Source: Candidatus Bathyarchaeia archaeon (GTDB taxonomy: Archaea > Thermoproteota > Bathyarchaeia > 40CM-2-53-6). Taken from it: DNA of 64,000 bases. A program made the position numbers and the translations under genes. The DNA is taken from positions 32,001-96,000 of the forward strand of contig JBEKFP010000002.1 in assembly GCA_050013255.1 (NCBI GenBank). The letters run 5' to 3'. Positions 8,756 through 18,420 of the stretch are shown piece by piece; within the stretch, counting starts at the first letter, position 1; every line of letters starts with the position of its first letter. The notes under the pieces are model-generated. The model was not told where the DNA came from. It made no database searches and saw only the letters and a program-made list of their open reading frames with translations.

Positions 8756-10948
8756 TTAGGCATCTGACAAAGCTGCTGGTTTACTTCGTGTGAGAAAGAC
8801 GATGCCCTTACCTTGCTGGACTTGGAAGCGAGTCCAGCGGTCGATATAGGGCCTATCTCTTAGCTTCTTGATCCTTAACCGCCTTCGTTGTCCGCTGCCA
8901 GATTCCTGAAGTTCTGTCTCAATAACACAATCAGAGGATTCCTCGAGCTTCGTCAGATCCGCCTTCTCAATTCCCGTCCCCACGGTTACGCAGAATTTTC
9001 CGCCGTTTGCCTTCACCTTCGCGGCGACGGATTGGAGGAAATTTACCAAGTAATCAATCCGCAAAGCAGTGATTAGGGGATTTAATGAATCGAAATAGAC
9101 ATCCGCTCCCGGTCCGGCAAGCTCTAAGCATTTCGTGATTTTCAAACTCAAATTAGTCAAGTCTGTATGTGAGGAAACCGAAAACTCTTCCTTCGACAAA
9201 CCTCCACCGACAGCAGAATAGGCGTCGATAAAGATGAGTTTGTCACCCCGCAAGTTGCCTTCTTCCGTTACTCCAAGCCTTAACATGTTCTCACGAGTTT
9301 TGTGAGGGTATTCGGTGTTGGTTATGTAGATTGATTTGCCAAGCGCCAAATGTTCGGCGGCGAGGGAATTTAGGAGAACGCTTTTCCCGGAACCAGAGTT
9401 GCCTGATATCATTATGAAACATGTCTCGGGTAGGCCTCCTTGTGTAAGCTGCGTGAAGTAGCCGAAACTCCTTGGGTAGAGCTTGCCGCGCCTCCTTCGG
9501 ACCAGTACAACGGACGCTAAGGATAGAATTGCAATAGCGCCTATCAGTGAAATTGTTCGATGTGGAAATGGAACCGTTAGAACGGTGGGATCATTTGTCC
9601 GCACATTCAATGGGAATTGATAGGTGACAAGAAAATAATCCACGCGAACGGTGTAGTTCCCTGCCGGAATCGTTTTAAACCTGGCAACTCCGTTTACCCC
9701 GGTGAGCACTTCTTGAACTGCTCCTTTCTGATACAAAGTGACGCCCGCCAGAGGCACCGGGACGGGCAACGGCAATCCACCCATTATTATTCGGATGGTT
9801 GGATCAAAGACCTGGAGTTGTAGGCGAAGCTGCTGCTGAAGCGTTGCGTTCACGACATCGATGCGAAAAAGTGTCTGGGTTCCAAGCCAACCAATTGTCA
9901 GATCGAGTGGACCAACCACTTGTGTGGAGGGCAACGATAATGTGCCCCAACCTGATGCATTCGTCATTGCATTCCAATTCGCGTCCGTTCCCAAACTTAC
10001 TTTCAAAGTTGCATTGTTGAGGAACGTGCCATCTGAGCCAACGACTTCAACGGCGAGGGGATAAAACGGACTTATCCAAAGATGGTCCGTGAATGAGTAA
10101 CTGCCGCCGGAGAGATCGCGCAACAACAATGCAACTTGCCATTCGCCCTGACTCAATCTTGATGTAACTGACAGTTGGCTTGAGTAGTCAGTGTTGTTCT
10201 CAGCGTTGATGGCAAAGTCAATGTTCGATCCGTTCGGAGCTGTTAACTCAAATGAACGGGAGAGGAAACGGTAGACGCCGATTGCGTCCCTAACCTCTGC
10301 TTGAATTCTGACAACTTGGCCGCCTGTTGAGTCCGCTTGAAAGACTTTGCCGAAACTCGGTTGGCCTTCGAAGTGTAGGACTGCAGAGGTCGGAGCCACG
10401 GTTTGAATCTTTAGGCCCGTTGGTGTTCCCCCATCATCCCACACCAAGAGTGCTGGGCCCGTGCCTGATGTTTGGTTAGCGTTAATGTGAAGAACTATGG
10501 CTGAGCCTTCTTGGAATTTGTAATCAGCCAATCCTCCTACGCCAAGCGTCACGGGGGTAGCCATGGTGGTTAGGCGGAGTTGGGTGTCAACTCTCGCGCC
10601 GGGAACTACCGTCTCGGTTCCTTCCTTCGAGAGTTCTGTGACTTGGGCTGCAACATTTCCGAAGAAAGCGCCGCTCGCACGAAGGTATAATGTGAACGTG
10701 ATGGATGTCTGAATTTCTAAACTCTCACCAAGGACTGGGCTAAGCGTGAAAGTTAGGCCTTTGCTCAGGTCAGCCGCCTTCTGCCCAGTCCATTGTGGCA
10801 GCGCGTTCAAAATCGCGGAAGAGCCGTAAGAATGTGCATACAAAACTAAGTACTGTGGGGGAGCCTGCGCGCTCGCAATAGGTCCCATCAGGAATGGCAA
10901 TAGTATGAAGATAATGAGCAATCGAGCGGTCCGCAATAGAAAGCCCAA
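8756..10948 (-). CDS. Single-pass membrane protein: large extracellular domain fused to a cytoplasmic KaiC/RAD55-like ATPase
   Basis: Signal peptide; TM followed by RRRRGK; Walker A GNSGSGKS; Walker B VYFDS; RIKKLR. Confidence 0.8.
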   Translation of the reverse strand: MGFLLRTARLLIIFILLPFLMGPIASAQAPPQYLVLYAHSYGSSAILNALPQWTGQKAADLSKGLTFTLSPVLGESLEIQTSITFTLYLRASGAFFGNVAAQVTELSKEGTETVVPGARVDTQLRLTTMATPVTLGVGGLADYKFQEGSAIVLHINANQTSGTGPALLVWDDGGTPTGLKIQTVAPTSAVLHFEGQPSFGKVFQADSTGGQVVRIQAEVRDAIGVYRFLSRSFELTAPNGSNIDFAINAENNTDYSSQLSVTSRLSQGEWQVALLLRDLSGGSYSFTDHLWISPFYPLAVEVVGSDGTFLNNATLKVSLGTDANWNAMTNASGWGTLSLPSTQVVGPLDLTIGWLGTQTLFRIDVVNATLQQQLRLQLQVFDPTIRIIMGGLPLPVPVPLAGVTLYQKGAVQEVLTGVNGVARFKTIPAGNYTVRVDYFLVTYQFPLNVRTNDPTVLTVPFPHRTISLIGAIAILSLASVVLVRRRRGKLYPRSFGYFTQLTQGGLPETCFIMISGNSGSGKSVLLNSLAAEHLALGKSIYITNTEYPHKTRENMLRLGVTEEGNLRGDKLIFIDAYSAVGGGLSKEEFSVSSHTDLTNLSLKITKCLELAGPGADVYFDSLNPLITALRIDYLVNFLQSVAAKVKANGGKFCVTVGTGIEKADLTKLEESSDCVIETELQESGSGQRRRLRIKKLRDRPYIDRWTRFQVQQGKGIVFLTRSKPAALSDA

Positions 10949-11110
10949 TTCGTGGTATACGAACGTGCCAATTTAGGATTGTCTTCGATTCATCCCCTCG
11001 AAAAGGGATCGCGGTTTTCTGGCGCTTTTTCATGCGTTTGTGGTAAATCCATTGAATTCTTGGGGCAGATTTGACATTTTGGCTGATATGTCGGTGTCCG
11101 AGTCGTCCGC

Positions 11111-11117
11111 TTATATA
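11111..11117 (+). promoter_or_regulatory. Putative TATA box of the 1473-aa surface protein gene
   Basis: TTATATA about 75 nt upstream of the TTG start; purine-rich AGGGAGA before the start. Confidence 0.45.
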
Positions 11118-11189
11118 GCTTCAAGCCGGTCTAGCTGAATTTTGTATGCGTATGTAATGCGCATAACATAATTAGGGAGAAAATGAAAA

Positions 11190-14100
11190 TTGCATAAGAA
11201 ATTAGCTGCAGCGCTAACAATTACTATATTCGTTATTAGCACGCTAGCAATTGTAGGCCCAGTCCAAGCGCACTTTACGCTTGGCAACCTAACTGGAACC
11301 TACAGGTATCACGCTAATGATTTCGACCCGCACGTGGCCGGACCAATCGGTTATGTCTGGCCAGGCGGAGGCCAAAACGGATACCAAGGAGCACTAAACT
11401 TTGCCTCATCCTCGCAGGCTCCAGGTTATCAATCACCATACCCGGGCGGTAACCCGGTTGGTGCGCCGAGCAATTCTTGGTACCAGCTTGAGAGCGACGC
11501 ATACGCGCCGTTCGGAGCAGTACTAACAGGCTCGACGGGTGACCTGGTCTTTGCGATGAACGCCACATGCACACCAGAGCTCTGGAATACTCCCGCAACT
11601 TGTGCCACTCAAGGTGGTACACGACCCGACAACGGAGTAACCCAGTCGGAAATCGAACCAACGCTCAACACGAATGAAGGATGGGATACATGGATGATCC
11701 TAATCCCACCCGAATTCACTGTTCCAGGAGCAGCAGCACTTGATTCCTCACAAATCACGTCTACACTCTCAAACAGCTACGACAATTACCTCGTTGCCAA
11801 ACTATCACCAAACGACAGATACGCGCCAGGTTGGACGCTGGTCGCCATCGGTGTTGATGCGGCAGTGAATCCAAGCTACAACCACCAGTTCATCAACTTC
11901 ACGACTGCTGGTGAATGGTACTACGCCAGAATCAACGGCGTAACCGCACCAACGATCGCTGGAAGATACTTCTTCAAAATGATGCTCTACAGCACATGGG
12001 CCAACAACAACCGGTATGGCGTCGGCCCAAGTCTGGTTGCAGATCCAGGGACCTTTGCACCATTTGAGCAACCCGACGTCTGGGTTCCACCACAAAACTG
12101 GCCAGTAATGCTCGTCAAAGGTGAAGTTGACCCAGCAATCATAACCGGAACACTCCGGTACGCTGGATACAACGCATCCCTCTACGGGCTACCAATCGAG
12201 GAAGCGGGCAAAGTGTGGGCGAAGATGACTACTCGTCTGGACCCATACACAGGGGCTCAACGCCCCGACTTGCCGACGGTTGATGCACAAGCCTACGTGA
12301 ACGCAACGGCGACCGGCCACTATGAAGTGGAAGGTCTCGCGCCGGGCATTTACGACTTGTACGCGTCCGCGGCGGGTTACCCGCAAACTCTCTGTGCTAG
12401 CGGCATAACGATTCTGAAGGGTCAATCCCTTCACTTCGACTGCTACTTACAACCAGGCCCAGTAATACACGGAGACGTGTTCACGAAGCACCAATTCGGT
12501 GATGAGCCATGGCCAGGAAACGCGACGACCGGATCGTACGTAAAGATTGAACTTTATGACGCCCCGACACTCGCTAACATTCCTGACCCAAGTGCTAACC
12601 TAGTCTCATGGTCACCACTACCATGCGTAGCGGGAGGCCAAGAGAAATACTACGGACGCCGAGCAGCCGGACTCTGTGGTGACCCACGCAATGGAGGCGC
12701 AATCGCGTTTCCATGGCATGAGTACAGCACAGACCAGAACGTCATTACCCAAACTGGCTTCCCAGTGCCATTCGTATGTATCAACCAAGCAGCAACAAAC
12801 TGTGCGCCAGGATATGGGAACGGCTACACGCGCGACGTAGCAATCACCGATGTATCCGGCAGCACACTGTTGGCGTCTGACCCGCAAGGAGTCGGACCCC
12901 CACAGAAATGGTTCGTTGCAGGCGGAACCACAACTCCATTCCACTACGAATTCGGCCTCAAGGGTGAATACGGTGCCCCAAGGGACCTCACCGGTGAAGT
13001 ACCGGAGGTCTACGCAACTTGGGTCAACGGCCTAACCCCGGGAAGATACTATGTACGTGCATGGGTCTTCCGTTATGTGCAAACAGCCTTGGACGGTTCA
13101 ACCTTCCAAGAATATTCGTTTGACATAACGCCAAACGAGTGGGCTGGAGACGTCACATTGCCACTTGACCTACGCTTGAGCAGTTGGATCAACAAGACCG
13201 TCTACTTCCACAACACAGTAAACACAATTCAGACTGGTCCAATTACGACGGGTGCAGGATACATTTGGGGTAACCTAGTAGGTGCCGACGGGAACGTTTA
13301 CGCCCATAACGTCACCAACCTAGGCTACGATGACCTGTACTACTCGTGTGCGTACGACACATATGCGTACGACACGGGAGGCGGAGTCTTCAACGGTTAC
13401 ACGAGCGCGTACACAGGCGTGGTATACCAGGGCTCAGGAGAGACTGGTGCACCTAGCACAGCATGCCCAGGCGACGCTAACCACCTGAACAGGGCACACA
13501 CCAATGCTGATTCACTTGCCTCTGGAAAGGCAGCAATCCAATTCTGGGGCTTCAACGACACTTGGGGCGGAGAGGACTACGGTATTCCGTCAGGAACCTA
13601 CACCCCGAACATTGGAGTCAACGGATACTACGACCAAAGCCCACAGGAGCAAGTATCAGTGACACTAAGCGGAAACCCAACCAGCATCAGCGACCACCTA
13701 TTCCGAGCCCCAGGCTTCAACGTGACCGTAACCAGCATTGACTGGGAACGACCACGTGTCAGCCGACCGTGGGTTTGGGGTGGATGCCAAGATGCAGGAG
13801 GGTTTGACGGAGCATTACAAGGATTCCAAACAGGATTTTTCGGACCAAAAGCCGTTTGCGCAGGGTCCGAGATTGATGTCGGATTCTACCCAGTAGTGAA
13901 CGGCACAGCTGGTGGACTCGCCGATTACCTCGGCGACGAACCAAGCTTCCTTCCACCCTCAATAGCGTTCGGTCTGACCGGACTCTACCAGGGCGGATAC
14001 AGCACTAACGAGATTCCATGCCCATTCCAAGGAACTGGCGTTCCGGACAACTCCACGTGCGCGGAAGCGGACGGGGGTGGACGAAACGTCCTTGGCGGGA

Positions 14101-15611
14101 TCAGTGGAGCAACAAGCCTTGCTCACGATGCGTTCTTCGGCCAATCCGGACGCTACGCCTTCGTAGGTGGATACACCTCAGGCTCGTACGGTTGGTTGAG
14201 AGCTACGACGCTCTGGAAGAACAGCATGTTCACCTGTGCGATAGTCTGTTGGCCATCGCACTTCAGTGAAGGCCAATACAACCTCAGAGCCTACACGTAC
14301 GGATACGTGCAGGACAAAGACTTCACAGCGTACGCGTTGAACGGGCAGGTCGCTGACATGAAGATCAACCTGTTGATCGGTGTCAACGTAACGCTCGATG
14401 TACTCTTCAAGAAGGAGAGCATCATAACCGGTACGCTGAACAACATGTCCGCCAGGGTACGCCTATTCGACGACTCAGGTCAACTAGTCGCGACATGGAT
14501 GTCCTCTGAAGGCGTGTACGTAACCAACTCTACAACGGCCCCAGCAAACGAGGCAATAGCGGCAAACGGAGTTCTCACCCCCAACGCGGGAACAAGCCCG
14601 TTCGTTGACGGGAACGGGAACTACGAACCCAATGCACTCTACCCATTCATAATGCAATCTCCTATCGGTGCGGGATTCCTAGCTCCACTGTGCAACCCGA
14701 CCAGCAACTGCCAGGGCCTACAACAACCATCATCGGGCCTAAAGGCCTACAACTACCTGCCAGGAAACATAACGCTACTTCATGTCCTAATGGCTGGTCT
14801 GCCACAGCAGCCGCCAGGAGGAAAGGGCATTTCAGGCGTATACTACAGCGACCCAGTCTTCACACCCTCCGCATGCGACTTTGAAATCGACTGCTACCCA
14901 GGTGCCTACGGAATGTACCCATTCGCTAACTCAGGCATCCTCGGAGCGCCTGACTACACGGGCGGATGGACTGCTGAAGTAGACTTCACAAACTGGTATG
15001 CCAACAACACGGCTGGCGGAGTTCCACACTACTATCCGCCGGTTCAAGGCTTACTGATGGGTGAATCGTACCACATCATCCCAGGAACCACAGCAACATC
15101 CGGTATCAGCTTCACAGAAGACGCCGCAACTGGTCCGACCTTCGTGGGCCACACAATGGCTCCGAACCACTTAGGACCATACTCACAACAAGGTGTTTGG
15201 CAGATCAGCAACGCTCACCTAAGCGGTGAGGCTAGTGCAGTCTTTGAAGTCGACTTGAACGGGCTAGTATCAGGTAACGCTCTAGCGTTCACGTGGAGTA
15301 ACGAGTTCCGGCCTTTGAGCTGGGGCTTAGTTAACGTCGTGGGCGCGAACGGTGCGTCGTGGAACTTCTACACCTACGACGGCATCTACGAAGTGTACCT
15401 GCCACCGGGCACGTACAAGTTCACCATAAGCTCACCAGGCTACGCGGCTCAAACCTTCTCCGTAGTGGTCTCACCAGGCCAGTCCGGGGTAGGCCAGAAC
15501 ATGTACCTGGAACAGAGCAACATTCCAGTCCCAGAGTTCAGTGCAATCGGCATAGTAGCATTTTCAGCGCTTGCAGCTTCGTTATACTTACTACGACGCA
15601 GACGCCGCTAA
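11190..15611 (+). CDS. 1473-aa PEF-CTERM surface glycoprotein, candidate major S-layer/envelope protein
   Basis: Signal peptide; C-terminal IPVPEF + TM + RRRRR; Gly/Thr/Tyr/Cys-rich; visibly biased codons (AAC, TAC, TTC, CCA); followed by a pyrimidine terminator. Confidence 0.8.
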   Translation: MHKKLAAALTITIFVISTLAIVGPVQAHFTLGNLTGTYRYHANDFDPHVAGPIGYVWPGGGQNGYQGALNFASSSQAPGYQSPYPGGNPVGAPSNSWYQLESDAYAPFGAVLTGSTGDLVFAMNATCTPELWNTPATCATQGGTRPDNGVTQSEIEPTLNTNEGWDTWMILIPPEFTVPGAAALDSSQITSTLSNSYDNYLVAKLSPNDRYAPGWTLVAIGVDAAVNPSYNHQFINFTTAGEWYYARINGVTAPTIAGRYFFKMMLYSTWANNNRYGVGPSLVADPGTFAPFEQPDVWVPPQNWPVMLVKGEVDPAIITGTLRYAGYNASLYGLPIEEAGKVWAKMTTRLDPYTGAQRPDLPTVDAQAYVNATATGHYEVEGLAPGIYDLYASAAGYPQTLCASGITILKGQSLHFDCYLQPGPVIHGDVFTKHQFGDEPWPGNATTGSYVKIELYDAPTLANIPDPSANLVSWSPLPCVAGGQEKYYGRRAAGLCGDPRNGGAIAFPWHEYSTDQNVITQTGFPVPFVCINQAATNCAPGYGNGYTRDVAITDVSGSTLLASDPQGVGPPQKWFVAGGTTTPFHYEFGLKGEYGAPRDLTGEVPEVYATWVNGLTPGRYYVRAWVFRYVQTALDGSTFQEYSFDITPNEWAGDVTLPLDLRLSSWINKTVYFHNTVNTIQTGPITTGAGYIWGNLVGADGNVYAHNVTNLGYDDLYYSCAYDTYAYDTGGGVFNGYTSAYTGVVYQGSGETGAPSTACPGDANHLNRAHTNADSLASGKAAIQFWGFNDTWGGEDYGIPSGTYTPNIGVNGYYDQSPQEQVSVTLSGNPTSISDHLFRAPGFNVTVTSIDWERPRVSRPWVWGGCQDAGGFDGALQGFQTGFFGPKAVCAGSEIDVGFYPVVNGTAGGLADYLGDEPSFLPPSIAFGLTGLYQGGYSTNEIPCPFQGTGVPDNSTCAEADGGGRNVLGGISGATSLAHDAFFGQSGRYAFVGGYTSGSYGWLRATTLWKNSMFTCAIVCWPSHFSEGQYNLRAYTYGYVQDKDFTAYALNGQVADMKINLLIGVNVTLDVLFKKESIITGTLNNMSARVRLFDDSGQLVATWMSSEGVYVTNSTTAPANEAIAANGVLTPNAGTSPFVDGNGNYEPNALYPFIMQSPIGAGFLAPLCNPTSNCQGLQQPSSGLKAYNYLPGNITLLHVLMAGLPQQPPGGKGISGVYYSDPVFTPSACDFEIDCYPGAYGMYPFANSGILGAPDYTGGWTAEVDFTNWYANNTAGGVPHYYPPVQGLLMGESYHIIPGTTATSGISFTEDAATGPTFVGHTMAPNHLGPYSQQGVWQISNAHLSGEASAVFEVDLNGLVSGNALAFTWSNEFRPLSWGLVNVVGANGASWNFYTYDGIYEVYLPPGTYKFTISSPGYAAQTFSVVVSPGQSGVGQNMYLEQSNIPVPEFSAIGIVAFSALAASLYLLRRRRR

Positions 15612-15631
15612 GGCGGATGCGCACGTAGCAA

Positions 15632-15654
15632 CTCCCTTCCCCTTTTTTCTTCTC
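15632..15654 (+). terminator. Archaeal oligo-pyrimidine terminator
   Basis: CTCCCTTCCCCTTTTTTCTTCTC 20 nt after the stop codon. Confidence 0.6.
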
Positions 15655-15795
15655 AAAATCCGTAAGACGACAGTCTATACCACACTCACGGCAGCCATGC
15701 TTACGTGTGGTTTGGGGGTCGAAATTTCCGAGTCATCAGCAACTAAATAATATGGGCCAAGATAACGTTGCAAAGCGGCGCTGGGTGTAAAGAAA

Positions 15796-16545
15796 TTGGA
15801 TAGAGTTGCAACAGGCATCAAGGGGCTTGATGAAGTTCTCAATGGGGGCTTTCCAAAAGCCAGAACGATACTCGTAGTCGGAAGCCCGGGCTCTGGAAAG
15901 ACGACCTTCGCCATACAATTCCTCGTTGGTGGAGCGAAGGCAGGTGAGCCGGGCCTATATGTAGCTCTTGATGAGAAACCCGAACGGATCAAAGTTAACC
16001 TCTCTTCGTTCGGGTGGGACCTGGATTCATTAGAGAACGCAGGGAAACTTACGTTCATCGACGCGACCCAACTGAAACGTCCAGGGCACAGATTTAACCA
16101 ACCGTCTATGGAACCGGAAAACCCGGTAGGCCTAACTCTCCCGGAACTGACGCTCGGGTCGTTAGTTCGAACGGTGAGGCGAGTGGCCGCGGAGGAAGGC
16201 ACACAGAGGATCATTGTTGACCCTATAACCTCCCTCATGCTTCGCTACCCGGAGGAAGCAAAGCGCAGGCGTGCGCTGTTGCTGTTCTTCGACGCACTGG
16301 AATCCACTGGATGCTCATGCATCGTAACAACCGAGCTCAGAACAACTATGCTCGCCCGCCGGTTTCAAATCGAAGAGTACCTCTCGCAAGGCGTTGTACT
16401 ACTTCACACAATGGTGCACGAAGGAAACGTAATCCGGGGGTTACAGGTAGAGAAGATGCGCGGGATAAGTCACGATTCGCAGCTTCGCCCATATCAAATT
16501 GGTTCAACGGGAATAGAGGTATTTCCAAAGGACCGCGTTTTCTAG
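15796..16545 (+). CDS. Soluble single-domain KaiC/RAD55 family ATPase
   Basis: TGIKGLDEVLNGG, GSPGSGKT, IIVDP, VEKMRG. Confidence 0.9.
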   Translation: MDRVATGIKGLDEVLNGGFPKARTILVVGSPGSGKTTFAIQFLVGGAKAGEPGLYVALDEKPERIKVNLSSFGWDLDSLENAGKLTFIDATQLKRPGHRFNQPSMEPENPVGLTLPELTLGSLVRTVRRVAAEEGTQRIIVDPITSLMLRYPEEAKRRRALLLFFDALESTGCSCIVTTELRTTMLARRFQIEEYLSQGVVLLHTMVHEGNVIRGLQVEKMRGISHDSQLRPYQIGSTGIEVFPKDRVF

Positions 16546-16555
16546 GTACCCGAGA

Positions 16556-17692
16556 ATGTCAGATAGGGTGAGGCTGCTTCTAAGTCGCCTAGTGAATACT
16601 CTGCAGTCTGTCAGCGGGCGAGACGTCCTGCTGATCCTCGCTGCAACGCCGATCATATTTCTCTTCATCATTGCACCGCAAACATTTGAGTTGAGCTGGG
16701 CGGGGTTCGGCCAACTCGGAAGAGGCGGGCTCTTCATAATCCTATTCTTCCTAGGCCTAGATCTTCTAGATTTCAAGAAAGACAAGATACAGTGGACTAT
16801 GAGGCGAAAGCTCGAAGGCGCCATAATAGTCGCAATCGGCGTATTCTACTTTGTCCAGGTCGGGGTAAGTCAGGCAGCATACTCCAAAGAAGCCGTGGGC
16901 GCGCTGGCACTTGGATTAACCCAGGGCCATATTGACTTTGGTTTAATTCTTGAGGATGGGCTTACAAATTTCCTATATGCCTTAGGGCGAGTGCTCGGAG
17001 CGTCGGGCGACTATAGCAACAGCTTCTTGATGGCAACAGACTTCATCGCTGACACGATCTATATTGCACTCTTATCGATAATCCTCTTCGCTGCAAGTGC
17101 AATTCGACGGATCGCCACGCCCCTCTTGTTCGGCCTGGGAATGTTGTTCTTCTATCTTCTTGATGCCATCCTACCATATGGCTCAATTGGCCCCTTACAG
17201 TTTTGGGCAAACTTCATCGTTGCGGGCGTCGCCCTTCTCGCCAAGGTTTTCGGCCTTCCAATTTACGGGTTCACGAATCATCTGACAATAGCTGGGCTAC
17301 ACGGTTACTACCGCTTGGTTGTCTATTGGCCGAGCGTTGGCGTACAGAGCATCCTGATTTACTCCGTGGTAATGATCGTGATTGCGGCAAAATTGCAGGC
17401 GCCCAGAATCCGAAAGATAATTTACGCAGTCGTGGGGGTCGTGGTTACGGTGTTTCTGAATGTGGTCAGGGTCTTCTCAATCGCCTACTACGGCTATGCC
17501 TATGCCACTAGCGGCCAGCAACTTGACGCCTTCCACAATACGGTTGGCGAAGTGCTTTTCCTATTTTGGATCGTAGCATATCTTTTCTTGATAATTGAAA
17601 TTGAAAACAGATTAACCCGACCCCGTCGTGTCCCCAGAAAACGTAAGAAAAGTGTGCCGAGAAGGATTAGAACTCGCAAGTTGGCAAAGTAA
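16556..17692 (+). CDS. Archaeosortase, Ser-type (thaumarchaeosortase-like)
   Basis: Multi-TM; VYWPSVGVQS (Ser at the nucleophile position), FLNVVRV (Arg), AFHNTVGE (His). Confidence 0.8.
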   Translation: MSDRVRLLLSRLVNTLQSVSGRDVLLILAATPIIFLFIIAPQTFELSWAGFGQLGRGGLFIILFFLGLDLLDFKKDKIQWTMRRKLEGAIIVAIGVFYFVQVGVSQAAYSKEAVGALALGLTQGHIDFGLILEDGLTNFLYALGRVLGASGDYSNSFLMATDFIADTIYIALLSIILFAASAIRRIATPLLFGLGMLFFYLLDAILPYGSIGPLQFWANFIVAGVALLAKVFGLPIYGFTNHLTIAGLHGYYRLVVYWPSVGVQSILIYSVVMIVIAAKLQAPRIRKIIYAVVGVVVTVFLNVVRVFSIAYYGYAYATSGQQLDAFHNTVGEVLFLFWIVAYLFLIIEIENRLTRPRRVPRKRKKSVPRRIRTRKLAK

Positions 17693-17694
17693 CT

Positions 17695-18405
17695 ATGCTA
17701 AGCCGGAAAACCCTGGGCCTGTTACTCCTAGTAGCCATAACGACATCAGCCTTGGCCACTTCCTATTTCTTCGCGGCCGCTGAAGTGGGGTCGGATTGGC
17801 ACGAGGAGCCGGTTAGGGTCATTATCCAGTCAACATCAGACTGGGGGCGCATTCTGTTCGATGACCTGAACGGCACTAACTCGAACGGTCTCGGAATTAA
17901 GAGCGTTCTTGGCAGTGGTTGGACGACGGGTCAGGATTTCAACGACGTTCTACAAACGGGCAGGAAGCTTGCATGGCCTGACCAAGTTTACGGACAGATA
18001 GAGCTCCGGCACGGGGACTTGGTAGAATTCTTCAAGGGCTTGAACGATTTTCATTACACGCAGATCTACGCTGACCTCGTCCTAAACGTTGACGCATCTC
18101 TCCCGCAGGTGTACGTGTGGTTAATGGGTGGAGGAAATGGAACCACTACCTTCGAAATAACAAGCCCAGCGACCGGCGGGACAATCTGGCAAGACATCAT
18201 TGTTGGTAATACGGTCACACAGCAAGTACGGCGGGTGATGTCCTCGCTGCCCTTCCTTCACCCGGGACGCACTGAAAGCCTGGTGGTAATTGATTGGCTA
18301 GGCATTGTCGTCGCGGTCATAATCATAATGAACTTTCCAGTCCTCGAATTGATTTACCGGCGGATCAGGCAGGCTCGTAGGGTTTCGGGGAGAAATCGGA
18401 AGTGA
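17695..18405 (+). CDS. Exported protein with C-terminal TM anchor, unknown function
   Basis: Signal peptide, C-terminal TM and basic tail; starts 2 nt after the sortase stop. Confidence 0.7.
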   Translation: MLSRKTLGLLLLVAITTSALATSYFFAAAEVGSDWHEEPVRVIIQSTSDWGRILFDDLNGTNSNGLGIKSVLGSGWTTGQDFNDVLQTGRKLAWPDQVYGQIELRHGDLVEFFKGLNDFHYTQIYADLVLNVDASLPQVYVWLMGGGNGTTTFEITSPATGGTIWQDIIVGNTVTQQVRRVMSSLPFLHPGRTESLVVIDWLGIVVAVIIIMNFPVLELIYRRIRQARRVSGRNRK

Positions 18406-18420
18406 GGATGCAATCGAAAA

